Origin: Gemmata obscuriglobus
GTDB taxonomy: Bacteria; Planctomycetota; Planctomycetia; Gemmatales; Gemmataceae
Reading direction: 5' to 3'
Assembly: GCF_008065095.1 (NCBI RefSeq)
Contig: NZ_CP042911.1
Coordinates: 2,460,001-2,492,000, forward strand
Length of the DNA: 32,000 nucleotides
Shown here: piece after piece, positions 18,119 through 26,600 of the stretch
Layout of the letters: the number at the start of each line of letters is the position of its first letter
Numbering within the stretch: the first letter of the stretch is position 1
Notes under the pieces: model-generated
Database searches by the model: none
What the model saw: only the letters and a program-made list of their open reading frames with translations
What the model was told of the DNA's origin: nothing
Position numbers and translations under genes: made by a program

Positions 18119-18856
18119 ATGCCGCTGCACGATCACTTCCGCCCGCCCGGAAACCGGCTGCCTTGGCGCCCACTGCACAACGGGTGGATTTCGGAACTCG
18201 CAACCCGCATCAACTCGCACCTACCCGACGGGTACCTTGCGCTCGACGCCATTAGCATTGACGGCGGCTTGGAGGTGGATGTCGGCATTGAGGAAGAGTT
18301 CGAACCCGAGGCGGGTGACGAAGAGCCGGGCGACACTGGCGGAACGGCGGTTGCAACGGCCCGGACAATCTACACGCCGCCCCCAGCTACCGCGACCGCT
18401 CACTACCAGTTTCCGGAGGTGATCGAGTTGCGCGTCACGTCCGAGCGGGACGGGCGGCTCGTTGGCGCGATCGAGATGGTGAGCCCGGGGAACAAGGACC
18501 GCGGGGCCAAACGCGACATGTTCATCGCCAAATGCCTCGACTATTTGGCGGGCGGGGCGTGTGTGGTGATTGTGGACGTAATCACCTCGCGCCGGGCGAA
18601 TTTGCACAACGAGATCATCGAGCGGCTTGGCGGTCCCGAATCCCTCGTCTTGCCCGAAGAAGCAAACCTCTACGCCGCAACGTACCGTCCGATCGTACGG
18701 AAGAAGAAGTTCGACATCGACGTGTGGGTGACCCCGGTCCTTGTCGGAGGGGAACTGCCGACGATGCCGATGCGGGTGGTCGCGGGGCTGTTCGTACCCG
18801 TCGAACTCGAAGCCGCCTACGCCGCTGCCTGCCGCGGCCGGAAGTTCAACGTATGA
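18119..18856 (+). CDS. DUF4058-family protein (PD-(D/E)xK restriction-endonuclease-like fold family)
   Basis: ATG 18119 with AGGGAG upstream. N-terminal [10 protein letters not shown]...[26 protein letters not shown], core [13 protein letters not shown], and C-terminal LPTMPMRV all match my recollection of DUF4058 (typically MPSPFPGM...; IEILSPSNK; LPxIPLPL). Confidence 0.7.
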   Translation: MPLHDHFRPPGNRLPWRPLHNGWISELATRINSHLPDGYLALDAISIDGGLEVDVGIEEEFEPEAGDEEPGDTGGTAVATARTIYTPPPATATAHYQFPEVIELRVTSERDGRLVGAIEMVSPGNKDRGAKRDMFIAKCLDYLAGGACVVIVDVITSRRANLHNEIIERLGGPESLVLPEEANLYAATYRPIVRKKKFDIDVWVTPVLVGGELPTMPMRVVAGLFVPVELEAAYAAACRGRKFNV

Positions 18857-19506
18857 CCGAGCCACTGTTACTCCCTCCCGATGATGTTGCGGCCGTCGCT
18901 CCGGCGGTATTCGCCCGGGTCTGGCGCACCTCTCTTGACCAACCCGGGTTCGCACTGCTGCGGTTCCCGCGCCCGGTCGGTTCGCGCGAGCTGCGCCGCG
19001 CGATGGTGGAGCTGGTCGCGGCGTTCCGGGCGGACTTCGTGCCCGAACGGTTCGGGCGGTTCGACCAGCAGGTCAGCTCGAAGTTCCACCGCGACGGCGC
19101 GCCGCCGGCGTCCCTCTTGGTGCTGGGCTACGAGCCCACCCTTGTGCGCAGCCGGTTCTGGGTGGCCGACGTGTCCGCGGCGGCTGTGTCGGCCGGTCTG
19201 TCGCTGGCAGAGTACCTCAAGACCAACAACCCGATGTTCCCGGCGGGCGAGGCGGCGCTTCAGCCGTTCGTGACGGAACTCGCGCTGCCCTTCGGCGAGG
19301 CGTTCGTAATCGTGATGAACAACAGCCAGTTGCCGCACGGGAGCACGAACCCGCTCGGCTTGCTGCATAAGGCGGTGATCGAGTTCCCCGACCCGAACGG
19401 CTCTCGCGTCATCAACTCCGTCGGCTTCACCCCGCGCGCCGAAGGGATCACCGGCCTGCCTTCGGCTGATGTCGAACGGTTCTTGGTACGTGATGAACTG
19501 GATTGA
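18853..19506 (+). CDS. hypothetical protein (217 aa) with an HxD...H motif; possible Fe(II)/2OG-dioxygenase-like
   Basis: ATG 18853-18855 overlaps the TGA 18854-18856 of the DUF4058 gene (ATGA). Residues H79-R-D81 (KFHRDG), H162 or H172 (LLHKAV) and R185 are spaced as in a facial triad plus 2OG-binding Arg. No firm family recognised. Confidence 0.6.
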   Translation: MTEPLLLPPDDVAAVAPAVFARVWRTSLDQPGFALLRFPRPVGSRELRRAMVELVAAFRADFVPERFGRFDQQVSSKFHRDGAPPASLLVLGYEPTLVRSRFWVADVSAAAVSAGLSLAEYLKTNNPMFPAGEAALQPFVTELALPFGEAFVIVMNNSQLPHGSTNPLGLLHKAVIEFPDPNGSRVINSVGFTPRAEGITGLPSADVERFLVRDELD

Positions 19507-19645
19507 AGCGTTTCGCAGTCTCCCGTGTCTGCCGTCGGCGGCCGCACTTCGTTTCTTTGGCCCCCGTTCCGCTCGCTTCACTCCCCGCTCTTCCGGCCGC
19601 GCCGTATGCTCGTCCCTGCGCCCAACCGCTCCCGGAGGACTTCGC

Positions 19646-20422
19646 ATGCGCCGCCTGTTGCTCCTTCCGCTTGCTCTCGTTACCCTCACGCTCATGACCG
19701 CCACCACTTCCGCCGCCGAGAAAGACGCCCGCGTGTACGAGATGCGGGTGTACTACGCCCCCCCGGGCAAGCTCGACGCCCTCAACGCCCGGTTCAAGAA
19801 CCACACGCTCAAGATGTTCGAGAAGCACGGGCTGACCAACGTCGGCTACTTCGTGCCGGTCGATAACAAGGAAAACAAGCTCGTCTACTTCATTTCCGCT
19901 CCGAGCAAGGCGGCTCGCGACAAGGCGCTCCAGGCGATGGGCGGCGACGCGGACTGGAAGAAGGCCGTGGCGGACAGCGAGAAGGACGGCAAGCTGGTGA
20001 GCAAGATCGAATCGCGGTTCCTGACCGTCACCGAATACTCGCCGCTGCTCAAGGTCGAGAAAGGGGCGGAGGAGCGGGTGTTCGAGCTGCGCACCTACAC
20101 CGCGACGAAGGGCAACCTGGGGCACCTCAACGACCGGTTCAAGAACCACACGATCGCGCTGTTCGCGAAGCACGGGATGACGAACCTGATCTACTGGAAC
20201 GTGCTGGCGGGCGAGAAGGGGGCCGACGACACCCTGATTTACCTCCTCGCGCACAAGAGCAAGGAGGCCGCCGCGAAGTCGTTCGACGCGTTCCGCAAGG
20301 ACCCCGACTGGCTCGCCGCTCGGAAGGCGAGCGAAGAGAAGGGCGGGGGCAGCCTGACGGCCGAAAAGAACGGCGTGGTGTCGGAGTTCCTGGTTCCGAC
20401 CGACTACTCGCCGCTGAAGTGA
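19646..20422 (+). CDS. exported tandem-NIPSNAP-domain protein
   Basis: ATG 19646 with GGAGGA 7 nt upstream. Signal peptide MRRLLLLPLALVTLTLMTATTSAAE. Two paralogous halves: YEMRVYYAPPGKLDALNARFKNHTLKMFEKHGLTNVGYF and FELRTYTATKGNLGHLNDRFKNHTIALFAKHGMTNLIYW. Confidence 0.85.
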   Translation: MRRLLLLPLALVTLTLMTATTSAAEKDARVYEMRVYYAPPGKLDALNARFKNHTLKMFEKHGLTNVGYFVPVDNKENKLVYFISAPSKAARDKALQAMGGDADWKKAVADSEKDGKLVSKIESRFLTVTEYSPLLKVEKGAEERVFELRTYTATKGNLGHLNDRFKNHTIALFAKHGMTNLIYWNVLAGEKGADDTLIYLLAHKSKEAAAKSFDAFRKDPDWLAARKASEEKGGGSLTAEKNGVVSEFLVPTDYSPLK

Positions 20423-20443
20423 CGACCGCTCCCGTACCGTGTC

Positions 20444-20464
20444 AGCGGCCATGTGCTGGCCGCT
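20444..20464 (+). terminator. hairpin 22 nt downstream of the NIPSNAP gene stop
   Basis: AGCGGCCA-TGTGC-TGGCCGCT, 8 perfect bp. No U-tract follows. Confidence 0.35.
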
Positions 20465-20485
20465 ACAACTCGGCGAAGCCAGCCG

Positions 20486-20513
20486 CTGCCACGCGGTTTT
20501 TCTCGCGTGGCAG
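20486..20513 (+). terminator. second, stronger hairpin downstream of the NIPSNAP gene
   Basis: CTGCCACGCG-GTTTTTCT-CGCGTGGCAG, 10 perfect bp. No U-tract follows. Confidence 0.4.
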
Positions 20514-20704
20514 TTCCGGAAGTCCACATCACGCTTTTTCTCAGCCGAACGCAGCGAGCGGTACCGAGCGTTCATCCGGGGAGCGAATCCGTTTGCGCAC
20601 ATCGCTTTTGACATAAACGCCTTTCGGTCCAGATGTTGCGGTGAACTGCGCGGTTGCCGTTCGAGCAGGCTTCGCGGGCTGATGCGAGCCGTTATTTGTC
20701 TTTA

Positions 20705-20834
20705 GACCTGTAATTCGTGGGTAGCGATCACCCAGCGAATCGCCCGCCCGTGACCAGTCAGGCGGTAGCGGATGTCTAGTCGGTGCCCCGGCGGTTGCGA
20801 TCCCGGCTGGCGCTGTAACCCCCGTTACAGCGCC
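20705..20834 (+). repeat. copy B of the non-coding repeat element, ending in a perfect 11-bp hairpin
   Basis: The hairpin GGCGCTGTAAC-CCCC-GTTACAGCGCC (20809-20834) is the reverse complement of the core of the copy A hairpin. The upstream part (GACCTGTAA..TTCGTGGGTAGCGATCACCCAGCGAATCGCCCG...GGTAGCGGATGTC) aligns with the reverse complement of copy A. Confidence 0.7.
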
Positions 20835-21080
20835 GTATGAGCAAGAAGCCATTCCGTACTCCGATTGCTGCCCGCATGTCGCCGGTTCACGTGCGAGCCA
20901 TCCGCAGTTCTTACCGCGGATTCGGATCTGGTGGAACGCTGTGCCGAGCCACGCGAGCGCCCGAGCGCATTACCGCTACCCTCACTGATGGCAGGATGCT
21001 CCGTGTCTGTTCGATAGCCGGCCACGGTTACACCCGCCCTGTTCGGGCGATAGCCGAATGGGTTGCTGGGGAGGCGAAAG

Positions 21081-21758
21081 ATGACCGAGGAGGAGTGGCT
21101 GGCGTGTAACGACCCTGGGGCGCTGATTCCTCTTTCTTGGGAGAGGAATCAGAAGCGTAAGGTGCGGTTGTTCGGGTGCGCTTGCTGCCGCCGGATTTGG
21201 GAACTCCTGATCCATCCTACGAGCCGATCGGCTGTCGAGATTGCCGAACGTTACGCTGAAGGGAATGCGGAACGGTCGGAACTGGATCGTGCGGCTGAAG
21301 GGGCAAGACGTGCATCCGAATTAGCTCATAACGGAGGCGAACCCTTTAGCTCGTTGGTTTATGCGCGTCCGGGTGCGTATGAATCCGCGGCGCACGCCGC
21401 CTACACGCTCGCTCGCCCGTCCCGCCCTGCTGGGTGGCCGTTGATGCGAGAAACTGCCGAGGCGGCGAGCGATGCCGCGGGCCGCGTTACAGAACGTGCG
21501 GAGCAGATTGCTCTCGTTCGCGACATCTTCGGCAACCCGTTTCGTCCGATCTCGCTTGCACCCGAGTGGCGAACGCCCACGGCCGTTGCCCTCGCACTTC
21601 GGATGTACGACGCGCGTAACTTTGATGCCATGCCCATTCTGGCGGATGCACTTCAAGATGCCGGCTGCGAGAACGGCGACATCCTGAATCACTGCCGCGG
21701 CAACCAACCTCATGTACGCGGATGCTGGGTTGTGGACCTCATACTGGGTAAGGGGTGA
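21081..21758 (+). CDS. conserved hypothetical protein of a multi-copy planctomycete/myxobacterial family (N-terminal EEWLAC, C-terminal ILADALQDAGC...HCRG..PHVRGCWVVDL.LGK)
   Basis: ATG 21081 with GGAGG 7 nt upstream. I recognise the terminal motifs from many unannotated paralogs; no function is known. Third-codon positions are visibly less G/C-biased than in neighbouring core genes. Confidence 0.75.
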   Translation: MTEEEWLACNDPGALIPLSWERNQKRKVRLFGCACCRRIWELLIHPTSRSAVEIAERYAEGNAERSELDRAAEGARRASELAHNGGEPFSSLVYARPGAYESAAHAAYTLARPSRPAGWPLMRETAEAASDAAGRVTERAEQIALVRDIFGNPFRPISLAPEWRTPTAVALALRMYDARNFDAMPILADALQDAGCENGDILNHCRGNQPHVRGCWVVDLILGKG

Positions 21759-21890
21759 TTGGCGATAGCTGGATCGATAGCTCGGTATGCGAGCCGGGCC
21801 GGCCTCGCTAAAACGCCTTAAAATCGTGGGCGCTTAGAATAGTCACGCGCGATTGAGGGCTCCCGCAACCCCTATAAATCAACTCGACTT

Positions 21891-21916
21891 GGTACGGACA
21901 CAACGGGTTCTGTACC
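21891..21916 (+). terminator. candidate intrinsic terminator after the 21081-21758 gene
   Basis: GGTACGGA-(10-nt loop)-TCTGTACC, 8 bp including one G-U. It is followed by the U-rich GTTTCTGACCAAACTTTTTCC. Confidence 0.35.
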
Positions 21917-21962
21917 GTTTCTGACCAAACTTTTTCCGTCCAAAATGGGCGTGTAGAGGTAC

Positions 21963-22110
21963 GTTTTCGCCCCTCTTCCACTTACCTAACCGTTCACCGG
22001 CTACCCGTTCACCTTATTCAGCCGCCTACCTTATATAGTAGGGCCATTTTTGCCCCTTTGAGGTGGTGCTTTTTTGCCCCTTTGAAGTGGTGCATTTTCG
22101 CCCCCAATTC
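21963..22110 (+). repeat. iteron-like direct-repeat array with an AT-rich box upstream of the winged-helix gene
   Basis: The core TTTT(C/T)GCCCC occurs four times (about 21964, 22047, 22071 and 22095). Two full 24-bp units are in tandem: 22046-22069 ATTTTTGCCCCTTTGAGGTGGTGC and 22070-22093 TTTTTTGCCCCTTTGAAGTGGTGC, matching 22/24. A third, partial unit begins at 22094. CCGTTCACC occurs twice (21990, 22005). TTATATAGTA lies at 22031-22040. Confidence 0.75.
22008..22037 (+). promoter_or_regulatory. candidate sigma-70-like promoter for the winged-helix/DUF3800 genes
   Basis: TTCACC (22008-22013), an 18-nt spacer, then TATATA (22032-22037). The tandem repeats would then lie just downstream of the predicted start site. 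Planctomycete promoter consensus is poorly known. Confidence 0.25.
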
Positions 22111-22183
22111 CTAACCTTCCATTGGCCGCAAGGCCGCCGTACAGTTCGACAAGCGACCGAGCAGACCACCAGGAGAAACAGGC

Positions 22184-22660
22184 ATGTCGACGACCGCACG
22201 CAAGTCGTCCGTCCCTGCGCCGAAGCCGCAGGAGGAGGCCGCCCCGAAGCCGAAATGGGGGCCGTTCACCGAGAAGTTCGGTGGTACCGTCCGTGACGCC
22301 GGCGTGACGGCGGTGCCGCGCGTCCTTCTGACCGGGTTGGCCGCCCTCAAGCTCAAGCCGATGGAGTGCGTCGTGCTGCTCCAACTCATCTCGTGCTGGG
22401 GTGACGCGAAGACCTGCCCGCATCCCAAACGCAAGACGCTTCGCGAGTGGCTCGGCTGCGACAAGCGGACGCTCGACCGCGCCATCGCCGGGCTGGTCAA
22501 GAAGAAGCTGCTGACCAAAACCATGCGTGCCCGGCGGGGCCGGCGGCGGAGCAACGAGTACGACCTGTCCGGCTTGGTCGAGCAGTTGAAGCCGCTTGGC
22601 CGCCGCGCACTTGATGAAAAGAAGAAGTACGCCGCCCTGCGCGCCGCGGCGGCCCTGTAA
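22184..22660 (+). CDS. small winged-helix/HTH protein, Rep/DnaD/replisome-organizer-like (HTH_36-like)
   Basis: ATG 22184 with AGGAG 8 nt upstream. LKPMECVVLLQLISCWGDAKTCPHPKRKTLREWLGCDKRTLDRAIAGLVKKKLL fits the pattern y.vl..L....g....cfPs...La..lg.s.rTv.raI..L...gli. Basic RRGRRRS stretch. Preceded by an iteron-like repeat array. Confidence 0.7.
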   Translation: MSTTARKSSVPAPKPQEEAAPKPKWGPFTEKFGGTVRDAGVTAVPRVLLTGLAALKLKPMECVVLLQLISCWGDAKTCPHPKRKTLREWLGCDKRTLDRAIAGLVKKKLLTKTMRARRGRRRSNEYDLSGLVEQLKPLGRRALDEKKKYAALRAAAAL

Positions 22661-22692
22661 CACCGGCCCCGCCGGAGCGTACCAGCAACGTG

Positions 22693-23370
22693 ATGCCAAT
22701 GCCCACCTTTATCGACGAGTCCGGCGACACCGGCCGCAACCCGGATCCGGCCAACTGCCACTTTCGCCTTGCCGCGGTCTGGATCCCCTCGCATGATGTC
22801 GCCGAGTCGTTCCGCGAGTGCGTCCGGCGGGCGCGGGTGCGCCTGGGGTTGCGGAGGGATTACGAGTTTAAGTTTTCGAAGACGTGGTCGCACCCGGAGT
22901 ACCGCGCCGCCTTCTTCGGTGCCGCCATGGAACACGAGTTCCGCTTCGCGGTCTCGTCCCTCGACAAACGCTGCGAGCAGTGGCGCACGGCTGGTAAGGG
23001 CGAGTTCCACTGGGCTTCGGCGGTTTACCTCGCATCCAGCCTGCGGACCACCTACGTGTCGGCACAGGCCGCGCTGGCGACGACCGGCTCACGCTCGCCG
23101 CTCAAAGATCTGGTAGTCGTTGACGACAACAAGGACGCTGATTTCCTTGATGCTGTGAAGGTCGCCTTCCGCGGTCTAGGCTCGGCGTGCGAGCCGAAGC
23201 AGTTCCTGATCGGTAAGGTTCGTTTCCGCGGCTCCGAGCCCGACGAACTGGTTCAGCTCGTCGATATGGTTTGCGGGGCTTACGGGGCGCACGAGGACGG
23301 AGACAGTACGTGGTATCAGATGATTGCCACGCGGGATGTGGGTACGGCACCGCCGCGTCAGGGGTGCTGA
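22693..23370 (+). CDS. DUF3800-domain protein
   Basis: The N-terminal TFIDESGDTG is the hallmark DUF3800 motif, and the C-terminal LVDMVCGA is also typical. Possible starts are GTG 22690, ATG 22693 or ATG 22699. Confidence 0.8.
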   Translation: MPMPTFIDESGDTGRNPDPANCHFRLAAVWIPSHDVAESFRECVRRARVRLGLRRDYEFKFSKTWSHPEYRAAFFGAAMEHEFRFAVSSLDKRCEQWRTAGKGEFHWASAVYLASSLRTTYVSAQAALATTGSRSPLKDLVVVDDNKDADFLDAVKVAFRGLGSACEPKQFLIGKVRFRGSEPDELVQLVDMVCGAYGAHEDGDSTWYQMIATRDVGTAPPRQGC

Positions 23371-23549
23371 AAAAACAGAAGGAACGGACAGCCGTAAAGC
23401 CACCCGTCCCTTGAGTTTATACTTGCACAAAGCTCGGCGTAACCGAACCCTGTCCGAAGCAGGTCAATTCAAAGTTACCAGCCGGTTGGTTACGGCACCT
23501 GCCCGTAAGTGCATGGGAAGTATCGGCTCGACGGAACGCCACGTCAAGT

Positions 23550-23574
23550 CCTCCTGATAAATTTTATCAGGAGG
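23550..23574. terminator. perfect 11-bp hairpin between convergent genes; candidate bidirectional terminator
   Basis: CCTCCTGATAA-ATT-TTATCAGGAGG, checked base by base. It lies 180 nt after the DUF3800 stop and 103 nt after the kinase stop. Confidence 0.4.
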
Positions 23575-23676
23575 CACCTTCCGTATGGTTAGAGTTGGGA
23601 GAGTGGTGTGGGGTTCACTATTCGTAAGCCCGAGGCGCGTAAAAAACGCCCGGCGCGGACTCTGTAAACGCGTAAG

Positions 23677-26600
23677 TCACATTTGTGGTAGCGCCGGGGG
23701 CAGGGCCAGGTTCGGCGCGGCGGATCGCACGTCGGCGCGCCACCGCTTCACGGCCCCGTCGCGGCTCACGCTGACGAGCGCGCCGCCGTCCGCGGTGAAC
23801 GCCACCTCCAGCACACGGTCCGCGTGCCCCGTGAGCGCCAGCCGCTCGCGGCCCGCGACCGGGTCCCACAGGATCACCGTGCGGTCGTCGCTGCCCGACG
23901 CCAGCGTCCGGCCGTTCGGGTTGAACGCCAGCGCGTGAACCGCCCCGCCGTGCCCGGTCAGGTACCGGTCGGCCGCGAGCCGCCCGCCATCGTCCACTTC
24001 CCACAGCCGAATGAGACCGGCAGAATCGCCGGTCGCGAGCCGGGTGCCGGATGAGTCGAAACCGAGCGCCTCGACCCGGGCCGCGCCGTGAGCCGACGGC
24101 TGGTCGGCGAGGATCGCGCCGCCGAGCGTGACCACTCGCACCCCGCCCCCCACACCGACCGCTAACCACTCCCGCGACGGATGGAACGCGAGCTCCCGTG
24201 CGTCCGTCGCGGGCATCACCAGGTCTCCGCCCGGAAGGGCGCCGGGGCGGCTGCTCGCGGTGCGGAGCACGCGCAGGTCGTACTTCCGCACCCCGGTGGG
24301 GTCGAGCGTGACGAGCCAGCGCCCGGTCGGGTCGATGCCGAGGGTGTGAACGGGGTGCGCGGTCCGCACGGCCACCGGGAGGATGCCGCCCCGCGCCGGG
24401 CGCGGTCCGGGCGGCGGAGGCTGCCAGACGAGCAGCTCGTCCTTCGTGGCCACCGCGAAGGTGCGTCCGTCGGCCGACGCCGTTGCGGCGCGGGCCGTCG
24501 GGCGGGCCGGCCCCGACCAGTACGGGAGCGGCGTCAGCCACAGTGGCCCTGCGGGAGCGGGCGGGCGGCCGGGCGGGGCGTAATCGACCGCGCCCATTCG
24601 CACCCGCCCGAGGTCGTCGACCGACACCAGCGCCGAACCCGTGCGGTTCAGTGCGAACGCGGTCAGGGCCTGGGCCGGCTTCCCGCTCGCGTCGCGGGCC
24701 AGCCGCAGCACGTCGTCCGGTTCGTGGGCGCGGGTGCCGGTCTGCCACACCACCGCCGCCCCGTCCATACCGGCCGAAACGACCGTGCGCCGGTCCGGGC
24801 TGAACGCCACCGCGTTGATCTGCTGCGAGTGCCCGACGAGCTGGCCGCGCTCGCGCCCGTCCTCCGCGTCCCACAGCCGCACCGTCTTGTCGAACCCGGA
24901 ACTCGCGAGCTGCCGCCCGTCGTCGCTGAACGCCAGCGCGTAGATGGTCGCGGTGTGGCCGAACAGCCGGCGGTCGCGCCAGGTCTGCGTGTCGAACAGC
25001 CGGACGTGCGGCGACAGCCCGTTGTTCACGGTCGCGACCGTCCGCCCGTCCGGCGACACGGCCACCGCGCGGACCGCGTCGGCGTGGGCGGGCAGCGTGC
25101 GGACCGATTTGGTGCCGTCGGCGGAGAGCACCCGGGCGAGGTGATCGGCGCCGCCGGAGACGAGGTAGCTGCCGTTCCGCGAGAACGCGACGCAGAGCAC
25201 GCCCCCGGCGTGCGCGCCCAGCTTCTTCTGCTCCCACACCGGGCGGGCGTCCGGCGCGGCGGCGGCGCGGGCCAGCGCCACGGCCCGCGCGCCGGCGCCG
25301 CCGAGGGCCGCGAGGTCGGACACCGCGGGGCGCCACCCGGACAGGTCCCACCACCGCAGGGACCCGTCGTCGCCGCCGCTCACCAGCGTCCGCCCGTCGG
25401 GAGCGAACGCGACGCAGTTCACGCCCTTCGGACCCGCCTGGAGCACCATTGCGGCCTGCAACTCCGGCACCCCGACGAACCGGTTCGCCAGCGGCGGCAC
25501 CCAGTTGGGGAACACGCCGGCGACCCTCTTGGCGGTCGCGATCACGTCCAGCGGCAAGAGCCAGAGCCGCACGGTGCCGTCCGCGCCCGCGGACGCCAGC
25601 GTGGTGCCGTCCGGGCTGAACGCGAGCCCGTGGACGGCGCCCTCGTGCCCGCTGAACGTGACCCACGTGTGCCCGTGGCGCGGGTCCCACACGCGAACCG
25701 AGCCGGCGTCGCCGGCGGTGGCGACGAGCGCGCCGTCCGGAGCGTACGCGACGGCCCGCAACGGGTCGTCGGGGCGGTGGTCCAGGTACGCCCGGTCGTC
25801 GCGCTGGCACAGCCGCCGCAGGTACGCCCACGCGAAGTCGCGCAGGTCCGTCGGGCACCGGGACTCGTCCTCGAGCAGGGCGGCCGCGCGGAACGGGTCG
25901 CGCTCGCACAGGATCGCCACCTGCGCGAGCTGGAGGGCGTACGCGGCGCGGCGGGTGCGCTGGGTCTCCAGCTTCAGCTCCTCGGCCTGGGCGACCGCCC
26001 GGTTCCGCTGCTCCTCGTTCTTCGCGGCCAGCTCCTCGGCCCGCCACTTCTCGGCCTCCGCGCGCAGCCGCTCGTCCTGCGCGGCCCGCGCCTCGTGTTC
26101 CTTGGCGTCCTTGGCGTCCCGGACCCGCACGTACGCCACCGACAGCACCGCCACCAGCGCGACCGCCGCGACCGCGGTGGTCGCGAGCAGCACCGCCAGC
26201 GACGGGTGCCGCCCCGCCCACTTCACCCCCCGCCCCCACGCCGACAGCGGGCGCGCCCGGATCGGCTCGCCGTCCAGGAAGCGGCGCAGGTCGGCGGCCA
26301 GGTCGGCGGCGCTGGCGTACCGGCGCGCCGGCTGCTTCGAGAGGCACTTGAGGCAGATGGTTTCGAGGTCGCGCGGGACCGGCGCGTGCAGCCGCTTGGG
26401 CTGCACCGGGTCGTCGTGGAGCACCTGCAAAACGGTGTCGAGCGGGGTCTCGCCGCGGAACGGGGGCCGCCCGGTGAGCAGTTCGTACAGGATCGCGCCG
26501 AGCGCGTACACGTCGGCCGGCGGCCCCACGTCCCGGCTCTTGCCGCCGGCCTGCTCGGGGGCGATGTAGCTCGGCGTGCCCATCACCGCCCCGGTGCGGG

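Noticed and set aside
20837-21109. 90-aa ORF starting 2 nt after the copy B hairpin
   Set aside because: It has no ribosome-binding site and no motif. It overlaps the well-supported 21081 start in another frame, and its third-position G/C bias is weak. It is kept only as a remark under the 20423-20836 finding.
22046-22110. CRISPR array interpretation of the 24-bp direct repeats
   Set aside because: The repeats are directly abutting with no spacers, number only 2-3 units, and are not palindromic. No cas genes are present. The iteron/operator reading fits better.
23655-23695. Possible third, partial copy of the repeat element (GACTCTGTAAACGCG...TTTGTGGTAGCG resembles GACCTGTAATTCGTGGGTAGCG)
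   Set aside because: The match is short and gapped. Half of it lies inside the kinase coding region (encoding ...ALPQM-stop), and no hairpin module follows. It is probably chance.
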